A stretch of DNA of 64,000 nt from the human T2T-CHM13v2.0 reference genome, Homo sapiens: the NCBI GenBank assembly GCA_009914755.4, contig CP068257.2, forward strand, positions 40,736,001 through 40,800,000, read 5' to 3'. The position numbers were made by a program, and so were the translations under genes. Positions within the stretch are counted from its first letter, which is position 1. The number at the start of each line of letters is the position of its first letter. Under the pieces are notes generated by a model that worked only from the letters and a program-made list of their open reading frames with translations, was not told where the DNA came from and made no database searches. Shown here piece after piece: positions 40,971-57,483 of this stretch.

Positions 40971-41972
40971 CTCTTCCTCCTTGTCTCTAAGGAGTAATAC
41001 ATCATTCCTGAAGACGTTAGTGTGGATGATTTTTGCTCTTCTCATTGAACTTGAATTGCAGCTCATTTCTGAATCTCAGTTGGTGTGGAGGGAGAGGGAG
41101 GCAGACCTCAGGGCTGGAGGCTGGAGGGCATTTTGGCTTCCACCAGCTTTGGGGAAAGACAGCCGAGAATATGATTCATGGAATTTGAAAACTGAGACTC
41201 TGTGGAGGACTCAGGGCAGTGTGGCTTTAACGACCCCATCTACTTGAGTGCAAAGCAGAATGCAGCCTGCCTGCTTTGAGTGCTGAGACTTGAGAGCAAA
41301 GGGGAGTAAGGAGGCTGCTAGGGGAACCCGTGGAAGTACAGCGGCCGCAGGAAGTCAGAAGGAAGGGGCCAGGGGAGAGAAGGAGGCCCATGCCTAGGCC
41401 AAAACTGTGTCACTCCAATGCAAAAAATCATGTAGGCAACACAAACACTAAAAAGTGAATAGTCAACTGTTATAGTTCTTTGTTCTACATGTTGCTAAAC
41501 AAGTGTTTTGGATGATTGTGTCTTCACTAAATTTCTGACTTTCAACAATTGGTTCTGTGGGGTTCTTGGGGAAGCGTGCATGGACATTGATGTGACCGCC
41601 AGGACCAAGCAGGAAAGTGTCCAGGAAGCTACTCTAGGAGCTGCAAGCTGAGGAGCTGGAGGGTTTTTTGGTTTTGTTTTTGTTTTCTACTTTGAAACTT
41701 TTTATTGCATGTTCGTATCTCCGATCCTGGCCTGGCCCTGGGAACCCCCAAACATGCCACTTCCCATGTGCCTTGAGCAAGTCACTTAGCCTGTCTGGCC
41801 TTGGTTTGCTTGCCTGTGAAGTGAGGATGATATCGGGCATCCTAAGGTGGATGTGAGGATGTAATCTGAGAGCGTTAAAGCACCCAATAGTGCCCAACTA
41901 AATGGTAGTTGTCTTTCTTTATTGTTATCCTCTCTGTGTTTTGCCCATGGGTTGGAAATGCTCTTTAACTTA

Positions 41973-42122
<150 letters not shown>

Positions 42123-42428
42123 TTATTAGTGGCCAGTGGAACCCTGAGACCATAGGCAGGGGTTTCTCCACAGCCAGCTCAAACCCCTCCTCTGCCAAAT
42201 CTGACCCACTTCTTGTCCACGGCAGCCTCCCCATCACAGAGCAGTGACTCTGGATCCCTGAGACTTCTCGCTGGTCTCATCTTATTGCTTATGTGGTCTC
42301 CCCAAGAGAGCCAGAGCTCCATGGAAGGCCCTCCCTGACCCCCCAGCCCAACATGTCTTTGGGCAAACGCCAGTTCAATCCCAGCTGAAGACATGACCTA
42401 AAAATGGCAATGACTTGGACCCATTTTA

Positions 42429-42641
<213 letters not shown>

Positions 42642-43459
42642 TTAACCAACAGCTCTTTCAGAGTGCAACACTAACAACTGTCCCCCTGCCACACAGTGCG
42701 GAGCTGGCCCGTGAATAATGAAACCTGTATTGAAATTGCGTCCCTGTCAGCAGCCTGTTTCCTGCAGCCCAGTTTCTGTTTTGAATTCCAAGGGGTGCGG
42801 CTGCTGTGCCCCACTTTATCTCGCTATGTGGCCTGGCCCAGGAACCACAGTGCAAGGTGAATTTAGACTCTGGAGGTCTCAAGGTCAAGAGAGAAACTGC
42901 ATGGCGGGGGGCCGACCTGCTGAGCCAGCCGAGCAAGGAGTCCTGACTGAGAACTGCTCGGCCTTCCTGGTTTCTCTTACCGAAGGCAGAAAGTGAACGA
43001 AGTGTGGACCACACAGTGGGGCAGGTGGCGAATTGAACTGACCTGTGATTCAGGTATTTGAAAGAAAAATTGTTCCCTATTAGAGACCCTCCATCCAAAT
43101 GACCCACTTTCTCAAAAGCCACATGCACCTTATTGTAAAAACAGCTGGTGCGCCTGCATTGCATGAATAGGTCTCTTTGTCTTCTCCCCGCTGCCCCGGT
43201 CAGTGCCTCCCTCCCACCTGCAGGATTCTATTTCATCAGCTGCCTTTGGCCACTCCTAACCGGGCAGGTTCCTTGGTGACAAAGCCATGAGCATGGCCAG
43301 CAGCCCTTGCGGCACCCCAGACTGACTTTACATTCATGTGGGCAAATAAAACTTCAAGTCAGCAAACCAAAAGGATGTTTGCCTCCAGTAATTAAGGCTG
43401 GGCAGCAGCAAAATGCTGGGATGAGAGGGGGCGCTCATGAAAGTTTAACTACTTGGCTA

Positions 43460-43669
<210 letters not shown>

Positions 43670-44016
43670 TTACAAATTTAACTATCCTTTCCCCCTCCCC
43701 TCTTTGCAGAGAAGTCTCAGCCCAAAGAAAGGTGCCTTAATTAGGGAAAGGGCCACCCACCAAGGGGCACATTCTCTAGTTCAGTCCTACCTGCTCCACC
43801 TCTGACCCGGTTATTCCATGGGGGATGAGGGGATGTGCTATGGGTTGAATAGTATCCCCCAGAAAGACACGTTGAGGTCTTAACTCTTAGTACCTCAGAA
43901 TGGCATCTTATTTGGAGATGGCCTGGAGAGTCTTTACAGAGTCATCTAGTTAAAATGAGTCATTAGGGTGGGCCCTAATCCAACGTGGCTGTTGCCCTTA
44001 TAAAAAGGGGGAAAAC

Positions 44017-44426
<410 letters not shown>

Positions 44427-44794
44427 CTACACACCAAGAAATGCCAAAGATTATTGGCAAACCACCAGGAGCTAGGAAGAGGCAGGGCACGGTGCCCTAT
44501 GGGTTTAAGAGGGAGTATGGCCTTGATGACACCTTGGAATTCAGACTTCTGGCCTCCAGAACTGAGACAATAAATTCCTGTTGTTTTAAGTCACCCAGTT
44601 TTGGGGACTTTGTTTCAGCAGCCCTATGACACTAAGATGGAGGGGAAGTAGCATCCCAACTTCCAAGGCTGTTTCCCTGCAGAGGAGGGGGTGAAACCCA
44701 CACGGGGGGCTTGCAGGCAGAGGTAGTGCTGAGATCTCCCAGAGGAGATGCAAGGACAAGATGTTGATTTTTGTTTGTTTGTTTAAATTTTTTC

Positions 44795-44916
44795 TTATAG
44801 AGATGGGGATCTCACTATGTTGCTCAGGCTGATGTCAAACTCCTGGGCTCAAGTGATTCTCCCCACTTGACTCTCCAAAGTACTGGGATTACAAGCGTGA
44901 GCCACCATGTCCAGCC
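44795..44916 (-). mobile_element. Alu right-arm fragment, minus orientation
   Basis: A partial reverse-complement Alu is readable. Confidence 0.75.
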
Positions 44917-46617
44917 GAGGACAGGATGTTGATACACCATTCTCCACAATTGCTGTGCACAGACACTGACAGCTTTCATTCCAGATCATCTCTTCAAGAA
45001 TGTGTGTAGAGCAAACAGCCTTGGAAGATACAGATAGCGTCTCCCTCCAGAGCAAGAGGCAGGTTTGTTTACTGTCCAGTTTAACAAATATAATGCCTTC
45101 CTCCAGAGCAAAGTTTGCACAGGTCTGCTTGCAGACCACTGTAAAGATGAGGGTTCCCTTAACTCTGGGATATGCAGCAGCAATGCAAACTGCCTGCACG
45201 TGCGGCATACACAGGCTGCTCCACATGCCTCTGTGGGACTGAGAAGGCAAAGGCAGCCAGCACAAACAGGATATTTGTGCCCCTTGCTGCACTGTGAGGA
45301 ATAGAGTCCTTTGTCTCTGACCCAGGACTCTCGTGTCTTCCAAAGCACCCATGAAACTGTGGCAGGCTAAATTTTGGCTTGCAAGTAGGGTGACATCTCA
45401 GGCCCTTTACAGTTCTTGCCCCTAGAACCAGGCAAATCTGGTGGAAACAATATGTAAGGAGTGTCCAGATGCCTGGCCAGAAGTATAAGCCTCTCTGGGC
45501 AGCAGGAGAATTCCCACTAGCACTCTTCCCTCCTGGGGAGAGCAGGCCATTTCACCTAAATTACCTCATCAATCCTAAAAATACATGAATGCCCAAGTTG
45601 TCTTTGTTAAAAATAAGGAAGATTGGAATCCAGAAAGGGGAGAGAAGCCTGCCCAGGGTCACACAATTGCCCAGGATGAGACTGGCACCTGCCTCTCTTC
45701 TCCTAGTCTTGGACATGTTGAGCCGAGAGCTCTGTCATGGAAGAGCTAAAAAGATCTTTCCCTGCCTGACCGTGGAGACTCACAACTTCTACCCTCTGGC
45801 AATAAGGAGTGTGATAATGAAATGATCAATATCAGTTGAGGCTGCCTAAGAAAGAAGAGAATTTGAAGACAAAAATGATGAAAAGACATGGAATGCGAGG
45901 AGAAAAGAGTGTGCAGAGGAGAGGGTGAGCAGGAGATGGAGGAAGAGCAGGGAAATAGAAGCTGCACTTCGCAGATGTGGAGGCTGTGAGGAACGCAGAG
46001 TGAGGGAGGATGAGAGACCGTGGCAAGTTCTGTGTTTTAGGCCTGGACAAGCTCAGTGGTTTGTTGAAGCTGCATTATCCATACCTAGAACAGCAGGGGA
46101 CACACAGTAGTCCTTGATAAAAATGTGCTAGATGAATGAATGACATCATGATAATGAAGGCCGTTTTAACTCAGGGTCTGAGACCAAGTCCTTCCAGGAC
46201 AGCCCATCTGCGGTGGTGAGCTGGCAGAAAGGATCCTCTCTCCACCCTCACACCTCGATCCCCCGCACACTAACAATTCTCCTCTATAAGGATGCCCACC
46301 CTTCGTCTTATACTTAGAAATCTGCAGGAACCCCAGGAATGACATCTTCACATTCCAGCTGCTCTGTATTTAAGTTGGATTTAGAAAATGACCCCAAATT
46401 GTCAAATCAAAGATTGACATTTAATCGAAAGGCTGTGTCAGTTCCCGTTTGCCCTGCTTCTCTGTCAGGCTGCCCTGAGGGCACTGCAGGGGCCCCACGC
46501 CTCCTCTGTGCTTGGTCCTTGAGGACATTGCCTGGAATAAACAATGAAATGTACAGCATTTCTCCAAAGAAGGAATGCAAATGGCGCACAAGTATGAAAA
46601 AGCTTTCAACTTCTTGA

Positions 46618-46834
46618 CCAGCCTGCCCAACACGGTGAAACCCACCTCTACTAAAAATACAAAAATTAGCTGGGTGTGGGGGCATGTGCCTGTAATTCCA
46701 GCAACTCAGGAGGCCGAGGCAAGAGAATCGCTTGAACCCGGGCGGTTGGAGGTTGCAGTGAGCCGAGATCACGCCATTGCACTCCAGCCTGGGCGACAGA
46801 GCGAGACCTCGTCTCAAGAAAAAGAAAAAAAAAA
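46618..46834 (+). mobile_element. 5'-truncated Alu in TMPRSS3 intron 2 with a clear 19-bp target-site duplication
   Basis: The Alu segment begins CCAGCCTGCCCAACACGGTGAAACC and ends in an A-tail. It is flanked by identical aaagctttcaacttcttga at 46598-46616 and 46834-46852. Confidence 0.88.
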
Positions 46835-48867
46835 GCTTTCAACTTCTTGAGAAATGAAAACAATGCAAATGAGACATAACTACATGCCAACTTCACAATG
46901 ATTCACATGAAGTGAAAGGAAATGGTCCCCCACCTACAGTCACAGGGGTAGAAACTGTGTAAACTTCCCAGCTGTGTAAACTTAGACACCGGAAAGCTCA
47001 AAAACAGATGAAAGTTTTGACCTAGCAGTTCCACTTCTAGGAATTTATCCTAAAATGTCACCATAGATATACGCAAATATCGACCCCCAAGGACACTTAG
47101 AAGAATGGCACTTATAATATTGATGCACAGGAAACGGACCAAATTACCCACAAAAAAGAACGGGTGAAATAACAAATGAGGTACACATATAATGGAATAC
47201 CTATAGGAGGACAAGATGATATAGAAAACGGTTGGAGAGATTTTCTGTAAAGGACCAGACAGTAAATACAGCACTTAAACTTTATGGGCCATGCGGTCTG
47301 TCCTAACGACCCCACTCTGCTGTTATGGCGTGAAAGCAGCCACAGACAGTATGTGAACAAATGAGCATGTCTGTGTTCCAATAAAACTTTATTTACAAAA
47401 GAAGGGGGTGGGCCAGATTTGACCCATCAGCCATAGTTTGTCAACATCTAGAAAATATTTAATTATTTAATGCCATAGAAAGGTGAAGGTGATATTGTTA
47501 AAATTTTTTAAAAGCTTCAAAATAATACAAATAGTACATGTTACTTCCAAAGGAAATATAGATATATAGATAGAAAAAGGCAAGAAATTCAATAATAAAT
47601 TGCTAATAGGATTATCTCTGAGTAATGATGCCGTCGTGGGTAATTTTTAAAAATCTTTTCAATGAACTGTATTTTCTAAATTGTTCTTCTAATGAACAAT
47701 ACATTACTCTATTTACAAGGAAAAGTTTTTGTTCCTCCCCACTACTTAGTCATAGCAAAATAATCAAAAAATAAGAGAAAGGAATATTATAGTGCTATTA
47801 ATATTCATATTATTTATATTATAAAATATTAGGAACAACTATAGGTCAAACTATGATCAAATGGCTGTGTAAATTGCATATCTACTTGATGGAATACTGT
47901 GATTCCATAAGAAAAAATTTATAAAAACCTTTTATGGAAAAAACCCACCTGCCTATATCTGTACTGTGCATGAAACCACACATACGGGCAAAAGCAGGAA
48001 GAGACTTTGCAGACATAAAAACCAGGTAAGTTTTGGGAGTCAGGTGATTGCAAGATTTTTTTTTCTTTCATTGACACTTAGCTAATTTTGAGCCATATTT
48101 TTAAATGTGTGTCTTTTCAGTTACTTGAAACCTCTTCTCCCACCTCCCATCCTTTCCAAACCTCCTCCAAGCCAATTTTCCAGTTGGTTTAAAAGAAATC
48201 ATTAGGGTGACCCCCACTCCCACTTTCTGGAACCTCAGGCAGAGCTCCTGTGGTTCCTCCCTAGCACCAATGTGTCAGGAATCTGCCTGCGTCCAAGCCC
48301 TGACTTCCAGAACCGGCAACCCCACAGCTCCCTTTGACCAGTCCTGACTATCTCTGGTCAAAAAGATCCTAGCCGTATAGGTTGCTAGAGAGTCCACTGT
48401 TTTATCAGGCATTTGTGACTTATTTACGAAACCAACTTTTTTCCTTCAGTTGTTAGGAGCCACTCCGTCATCTGCTGCTGGATTTTAATCTAGGCCTCTA
48501 ATATCTTTGGCGACATCCAGTTTATCCTGAGTTTTCGGAGGGACTGGTGGCCACTGCTTCTCAGGACTTCCTGGAGGACTCAGAGATTTCCTGGCCAGGA
48601 TCTGACCTCCTTCAGGATTGACAGGACAATTGTGGAGCCCCAGTCTCTGAAAACCTCCAACAAGAGAAGAAAACACCGGTCTCCAGGGAGAGAGCAAAGG
48701 GCTTAACGAAACGATCCCCTCTCCAATGCCCCTTCTCCCTGAGATTCTGCAGATCTAGGGAAGTGCAGGTGTCCAGCCTGTGGGTGTCAGAATGGCTGGG
48801 GAGATATTTCCCCCACAGGGACAGTCAGTCACATTGGTCACCTACATGAGGGTATGGGCAGAAATCA

Positions 48868-49353
<486 letters not shown>

Positions 49354-52300
49354 TTAGAAGTTGCCATATTGCTATTGTTCAGAAGATAAATTACTCTCAA
49401 AGCCCTTTCCATTGCTTTTTTGCGATTGTTTTCACCTGTCCCACATAAACGCAATTCTTTCCCTGTGCGTGTGGTACACCTACCATAAGCATAAGTAGTT
49501 TCGGTACTCACATAATTCCCGAGTCCCAAAAATGTAGATGGCACCACGGAAGAGATAGTAGGCCACAGTGTTACTGGCTTCCCATAAACACAGCCCTTTC
49601 CTGGCTCACACGGGCATGACCTAATTAAGAACGAAAGTACCCGAGCCGTCCGGTGCCCGGTCCTTCCCCCACATAGCAAAGTGGGGAGTGGCTTTGGACC
49701 AACGGCTTGCATCAAAATAACCCCGGGGCTGTGTTTCCTACGAAAGAATTCCACCTATCACAATGCCAAGGAGACCAGAGACCTTTCTAAGTCATTCCCT
49801 GTAACTCTGAGAGGGCGGAGGAAGCAGGGAAATAGCAGAAGATTCCCAATTAAATTCTAGTTCCCTCTCCCAGATATCAGGCATGGCTGCTCTGGGAACC
49901 TGCTTCCTCCAAGGGCTAAAATCCACAGGGGCTCCAGCAGGCACATCAGCACAGACACTCAGATCATCCGCTTTCATTCCCTTTGTGACTACCTGTTGTA
50001 ACGTTTGAAATTCCAAAGGAATCTAGTAAGCCATTTGAAGCAACCCGTGTTTCCCAAGATCATAGTAAAATCTAAACAAGAGTTCTGTGCCAAAAATGTT
50101 CATTTCATTTCTATCGCAAGAAGAGCTTGAAAGAGTAACTTAGAAAAGCAAGAAGTTCATGTTGGGCCATTTTCTGGCTTTCATTCTTGCTGATACCTCT
50201 GTTTATTATCAGCATGTAGCAAATTACATCGTTTATCCATATAAAAAGAATAAGTGGGCAAATGGCTTCTGAAAGATGGAACCTGGGTGAGAACATCCCC
50301 TCCCAAACAGGCTGTGGTTGGCAAGCTGTACAACACTGAGAAGTGTTGAGAAGCATCTTCTCTCCTCACACCCATTTTACTCACCATTTCTGGAGCTGCC
50401 ATCATTAAAAGCAGAAATAATTTCCTTTTTCATTATAAAAACAAGTGTGATGGTAAGCAGGCCGCCAACAGGTTAGTCCAATCGGGGAATATTTTCCCCA
50501 AGTCACTCAGCCTTGTCGACTCAATCATCGCAGCAAATGGCATTATCGCGGGCATCTGTGTAACCCAAGCTGCCGTGGGCCTATCAAATAGCCCTTGGTG
50601 GTATGGCTGCAGAGACCAGGGAGGGAAAAATGTGGCTTCCCTTTAATTAGTCAGTAAGGTGAGCAAACCTTTTCAGAAGCTTTGCATCAGGGAGTGATCG
50701 GAACACAGCCGCTCCTTTTACTTGAAAGAAGGGGTAGGCTCTGCCCAGTGCTGAGCATGTGACCGTCAAGAGGGCAGACATACTCTCTGGTGGGGGTTTC
50801 TGTCCCTCCCTGTAACTGAGCCCCCAAGTTCAATTCTGCAGCTACTCCTGCAGACAAAAGATGGGGAGCCTGAAGATGCTCATCACAGCCTGCGCTCCAC
50901 AAAAGACACGTCATGTTTCCTTCCTCGGAGGCCTCTGCATCCCAAGAGGCTTCTGCACACAGCACTGCTTAAAGGGGTTTAACCGCTGCTGTGGGGACCA
51001 GAGCGCTGAGCATCTTTGAAGGGCTGAATTTACCATTGTGGATGGCAACTCGCAAATCCATGCATTTATTCAGCAAATATTTAGCAAGCATCTGCCATGG
51101 GCCAGACTCTAGACACAGTGCAGCCAGCAAGAAAAACAAAGTGCTCCCATGGGGCCCCAGATGTTAAGCGCTAGGAAGAGATTAGGCCGGGGAGGGTCTG
51201 AGAGAGATGAGGGCAGAGTGGTACAGGACAGCCTCTAGGGAGAGTGTTGTTTCAGCAGGGACCTTGATGATGTTTTAGTAGAGACCTTGGTGACCAGTGA
51301 AGTGAGTCTTGTGAAATTCCTCCAAGGAGGGCGACCACCAGCTCCAAAGCCTGGAATAGGGGCCACGCTGGAGTGTTTGAGGAACCCCAAGAGGGGCCGT
51401 GAGCCTAGAAAGCAGGGAACAGGGAATAGCCGATGGCAGATCCCAAGGCCCAGGGGCATGGGAAGGGCTCTGGTTTGCCTTTGATGTGTGGAAAGCCTTG
51501 GGCGATCTCAATGGGGCAAATTTGGGTTGACAGGCAGGGCATAGAGTGGGGTAAGGATGGGGGGACACAAGGACAGCCACAAGGAGGCTGCACCTCATGG
51601 GCCACAAGGGCCATGACTCGGCACGAGTGGTGATGACGGTGAGGACTGGCTGCCTGAGGTTGATTTTGAAGGCAGAATTGGCAGGATGTGCTGACGGCAA
51701 ACGCCTGAGAGATGCGTCCAGGCAGTCCTTGATTAAGACAGTCTTACTTTCTCCGTCCCAGTAGGTACCTGCCCACACACCTGTCAGTGCCTTTGGGTGT
51801 GATCTATGGTCTCCTTCAAGCTCACACATCTCTCCTTCACCTATTTCCTGACTACTCTTTCTGGTCCCTCAACGAATGTTTGCCCTCAAAGGCAATGACA
51901 GGAAATTTAACATGTCATTCTTTCTTTGCTTTTACCTGTGTGTTATAGGAGATGCTCCCCGCTGGAGTACAGCTCTGGCGGGACAGAGTCTGGAATGCAC
52001 TTTCACTCCTAAGACCCCGCCGTGCCCAGCACAGCCATGTGTGTGTGACAGGGGCTCTGTCTGCATAGAAGAGCTGATCATAAACCCTGGGGGGACAAAT
52101 AACACCAAATCGACATGCAATAACCAACTACGAGGGCATGTTAACACGTGTGTCAGATGTAGGTCAAAGGTCAAGCCAGCTCCCCACGGGGTAGCAGGGA
52201 GAGGCCCTACAAGGGTGGCTGGTCTTCCTTGCTGTAAAATATCCTCTCAGGAAGTTTACCGACAAATCAATTCCACTGAGCTCAAACTAAAATTTTGAGG

Positions 52301-53317
52301 AACCAAACAAATAAGCTTATCTGGGGCCCAGCGCGTGATAGTTACGCAGCCAGTGCCATGAGCAGACTTGGTTTCAGGGCATGAGCGCCTTATCCTATCC
52401 TGATGTCTCCTGGGAGCCCCATGAAGCTTTAGTAACGATTTGCAAACAGCTTGAGTTACAGGCACATTCTCTTCAGTAAGTGAGGGAGGAAACTGGTAGA
52501 CTCTTCCCTGATGGGCTTGGAAGATAACTTTTCAAGTTAGGAAGGCAGGATGAAGCTAGATGTAGGCATCTTCTGGCCTACACAAATAAGATTTTTTTAA
52601 GAGAAATGCATAGAAGCATTTTTCATTTTAATATGTTATAAACATAACACAATTGCTCAAAACAGGGTTTATTATTTAGAAGAGAAAAATATACTTGAGT
52701 AGAGACTATATTTCATACCCAAATCTACTTTTTCCCTCTGGGTCACAAGCTTTCTCTATTTGCAGACTTTCAAATTCAAGATAAATCATTTGATTGTGGA
52801 ATTATTTCATCTTTTGAATTCCTCAAAGAAAAAGGATAATGAAGTGTGTGGACATTATGCTAAATGAAATAAGCCAGACGGAGAAAGACAAATACTGCAG
52901 GATCGCACTTATATGTAGAATCTTAAAAAAAAAAAAAAAAAAAAAAAGTTGAATACATAGAGAATAAAGTGGGGTTCTCAGGGGAGGGTGTAGGGGCAGG
53001 AAATGGAGAGGTGTGGATCAAAGGGTGCAAAGCTGCAGATGTGTAGGATGAAGAAGTCCAGAGACGGAAGATACAGCTGACAGCCAGAGGTATAATATCT
53101 TATTGAATACTGAAAATTTGCCCACAGCAGATTTTAGTTTCGGTTACCATGAAAAAAAAGTAAAAAAAGTAACAATGCAAGATGATAGATATGTTAATTT
53201 GCTTGATGACAGCGCTCATTTCACTATTATGAATATAGCAAAACATCCCATTGTACACCTTAAATACGTACAGTAAAAAGAATATTATTATTATATTTAT
53301 TTATTATTATTATTATT

Positions 53318-53600
<283 letters not shown>

Positions 53601-53623
53601 CAAAAGAATATTATTTAAAAATC

Positions 53624-53908
53624 AGGCAGGGCACAGTGGCTCACACCTGTAATCCCAGCACTTTGGGAAGCTGAGGCAGGTGGATCACCTGAGGTCTGGA
53701 GTTCCAGCCGGGCCAACATAGTGAAACCCCATCTCTACTAAATATATAAAAATTAGCCAGGCATGGTGGTGTACGCCTGTAGTCCCAGCCACTCGGGAGG
53801 CTGAGGCAGGAGAATCACTTGAACCCAGGAGGCAGAGGTTGCAGTGAGCCTAGATCATGCCACCGCACTCCAGCCTGGGTGACGGAGTGAGATTCTGCCT
53901 CAAAAAAG
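53624..53908 (+). mobile_element. Alu SINE, plus orientation, forming an inverted pair with the preceding Alu
   Basis: The element begins AGGCAGGGCACAGTGGCTCACACCTGTAATCCC and lies only about 25 bp from the oppositely oriented Alu. Confidence 0.9.
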
Positions 53909-54812
53909 TGAAAATAAAACTATACAAATAAATATCACAATATGCTCACATTTAATGGTGAAATATTGAGACCTTGTCCTCTGAAATGGAGAGTTATACA
54001 AGAAGGTGCTCTAGTACCACATCTGTTCAACATTTGACTTGGGTTCCAAGTCAGTGCAATAAAGGCAAAAAAAATAGAAGGAACTATTATGCGTAGAGCT
54101 GCCATGAACATTCATAGACCAATCTTTGTGTGGACACACGTTTTCATGTATATTTACCTTTATAAGAAACCCTCCAAATGTTCCCCAAAGTGGTTGGACA
54201 GTTACGCATTCCCACCAGCACAGTGTGAGAGCTCCTGTTACTCCCCAGCCTTGTGTAAACCTGGTATTTTCCATTTTAGCTCTTCTGGTGGGTGTGCTGT
54301 GGAATCACATTGCGGTTTTAATTTTCATTTCCCTGATGACTAATGATGTTGAGCATCTTTTCATGTCTATGTATATATCTTCTTTTTAAAAGTATCTTTT
54401 TTGATACTTTGCCCATTCTTAAAATAGATGCTTGTTTTCTTATTATTTGTTATAAGTATATATAAAATATTCTGTATATTCTAGAAACAAGTCCTTTGTC
54501 AGCTATATGTATAGTGATACTTTCTCCCAGTCTGTGGTTCACCTTATTATACTCTTTAAGATGTCTTTCAAAGAGCAGAAGTTTTCAACTTTGGTGAAGT
54601 ACAGTTCATCAAGTTTTTCTTTTGTTGGTTTATTCGCTTTATGTCCTAAGAAAGTTTTGCAAACTCCAACATAGCAAACATTTTTTTTCTAGGTTTTCTT
54701 AAGGAGTTTTATAGTTTTAGCATTTACATTTTGAGTTAATTTTTGTATATAATGTGAGGTAAGGGTTGAGGTTCGTTTTTCCTCCTACCAATATGCAGTT
54801 TTCCTAGCACTA

Positions 54813-55088
54813 ATTTTTTTTTTTTTTTTTTTCAGACAGGGTCTCATTCTGTCACCCAGGCTGGAATGCAGTGATGCAATCACAGCTCATTGCAGCCTCG
54901 ATTTCTTGGGCTTAAGCCATCATCCCACTTCAGCCTCCTGAGTAGCTGGAACTAATGCCACCATGTCTTTTTTTTTTTTTTTAAGAGACGGAGTCTCACT
55001 CTGCTGCCCTGGCTGATCTCAAACTCCTGGGCCCAAGTGATCCTCCCACTTTGGCCTCCCAAACTGCTGAGATTATGGGCATGAGCCT
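54813..55088 (-). mobile_element. Two adjacent Alu fragments in minus orientation
   Basis: Each fragment has a poly-T tail followed by a partial reverse-complement Alu. Confidence 0.75.
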
Positions 55089-56077
55089 CTAGCACCATTT
55101 ATCAAAAGCATTATCCTTCCCCCATTGAATTTCATTGGCATCCTTGTTGAAAATCAATTGATTGTAGGTGTGAATCTTTTTGCACTACCCAATGACACAC
55201 TATGACACACCATGGCAACCTGATTTGTAAATGTTTATGAAAAAGCAAAGGACAAAACCAGAGGGTTTAGCACTATAGTGATTAAAACAGTGTAGAATGG
55301 GCACAAAGAGGGACAAATCAAACAAGAGAGCACACAAGTTAGAAAAACTAATCCATATACAGTCACTTGATTTACAATAAGCCTCCTACTGCAATTCACT
55401 GGGCAAAGGATAGCCCTTTCAATGCGGAAGTAGATGAAAGTTTACCCCTACCTCACACCATACACAGAATGAATTCAAATGGATCATAGAGCTAAATATG
55501 AAGAGCAAAAGTAGCAAAACTTCTAGAACAAAACATAGATGATCTTCATCGATGTTGGATTAACAACAATCTCTTGAACAGGATGCAGAAAACTCTAACC
55601 AGAGTTCCCACAAATTGATAAGAAAAGCAAACAACCTAGTGAAAAAAAAAAAAGAGCAGAATATCTGAACAGGAACTTCCCCAGAGAGGATATTCAAATG
55701 GGCAATAAGCCTGTGAAATGGTGCCCAATATCATTATCCCTCAGGGAAATACAAATGGGAACCACAGGGAGATACAACTACACACCACCCCCACCACAGA
55801 GTGGCTAAAATTAGGGACTGATAATATTAAGTGTGAATGAGGATATAGAGCTTTGTACAACTGCTTGGCAGTTCCTAATGGAGTTTCACGTGCTCTGTGA
55901 TCCAACAACCCCACTCCTAGATGCACACCTAACAGAAATGCATGCACAAGGCACTCAAAGACACAAGAACGTCCTCAGCAACATTAGTTACAATAGCAAA
56001 ACAACTGAAAACTTCCTGAATGCATATCAACAGAGAAATGGATAAATGAATTATGTTATATTTATTTTATTTATTTA

Positions 56078-56372
<295 letters not shown>

Positions 56373-57483
56373 GGTATATTTATTAATCAAATACTACACA
56401 GCAATAACAGTGAACTAACTGTGGCTACAAGCAATAATGTGGATAAATTTTACAGGCATAATTTGAGGAAAAAGAAATGAGATATGATAGAGAATATGCT
56501 ATATGGTTCTATTTACATAAGGCTCAACCACAGGCACAATTCATATACAAGTGATACAGCAGTTTACTTTCTGGGGGAGGGAGGAGATAACTGGAGGAGG
56601 CTGAGCTGGGGGCAGAGGTGCATCTGAGGTTCTGAGAATGTTCCAGAGCAGGCTATCTCCACCTTGGCACTAGTGAAATTTTGTTGGGGAGACTGTCCTG
56701 GGCACTGTGACATTCCCAGCCTCTACCCACTAGTGCCGGTACCACGATGTCCACCCCACCCACCACCACCCCCGCCTCATTTTGGAAACAAAAATGTCTC
56801 CAGACATTGCCAAATGTCCCCTTGGGTGGAGGAGGTACAAAATTCCCCTGGTTGCCCTGTTTGATTTTGGGTCGTGGGGGAATTAGGGGTGTGGGCTCAT
56901 TTATGGAAATTCCTTGAGCTATACACATATGATTCATCAACTTTTCTGTACACATATAAAGCTTTTAAAGTTTTTAAAATAAAAAAACAAGTCAATGAAT
57001 GACTGAAAGAACCAGTAAGTTTTCCAGCAATCCGAGACAATAGATAGAGTGGGGTTTAATGTCTTGTTCACAGACAAGGAGACTGGGATCCAGGGTGGGT
57101 CAGGGCAGGGGGCCAGCAGGATCCAGGAGGGAACTCATTCCCTGACTTCTCCTCGGCTTCCTTCACCCATGCTCTCACGCATTCTTGCTCCCGAATACTA
57201 GCCAAGTCCCTACAGAGGCTGATCCCGTGCAGGGGCTCGGTTGGACCTTTAGCCTCAAACTCCCGTGGTGGAAACAGTTAGGATTGGTGGACGCTGCACC
57301 CAGCATCCTGCAAACAGAATTCTGAAAACTGATATCTCGTGCAAACAGGATATCAACTTTTGTCAGAAAGATCAAAAAGAGCTTGAGGTTTTTCTTCACA
57401 GCCTCAGCCTTGCCTCTCCCCCTCTTGCTTTATCTCCTCATTTCTGTGTGCAGGCGAGCTTCTTGGCCTAAGGGCAGGAAGAG

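Noticed and set aside
49900-50200. Attempt to place the noncoding TMPRSS3 exon 1 and its promoter
   Set aside because: I could not recognise the 5'UTR sequence from memory. No TATA box or CpG island is evident there, so no feature was called.
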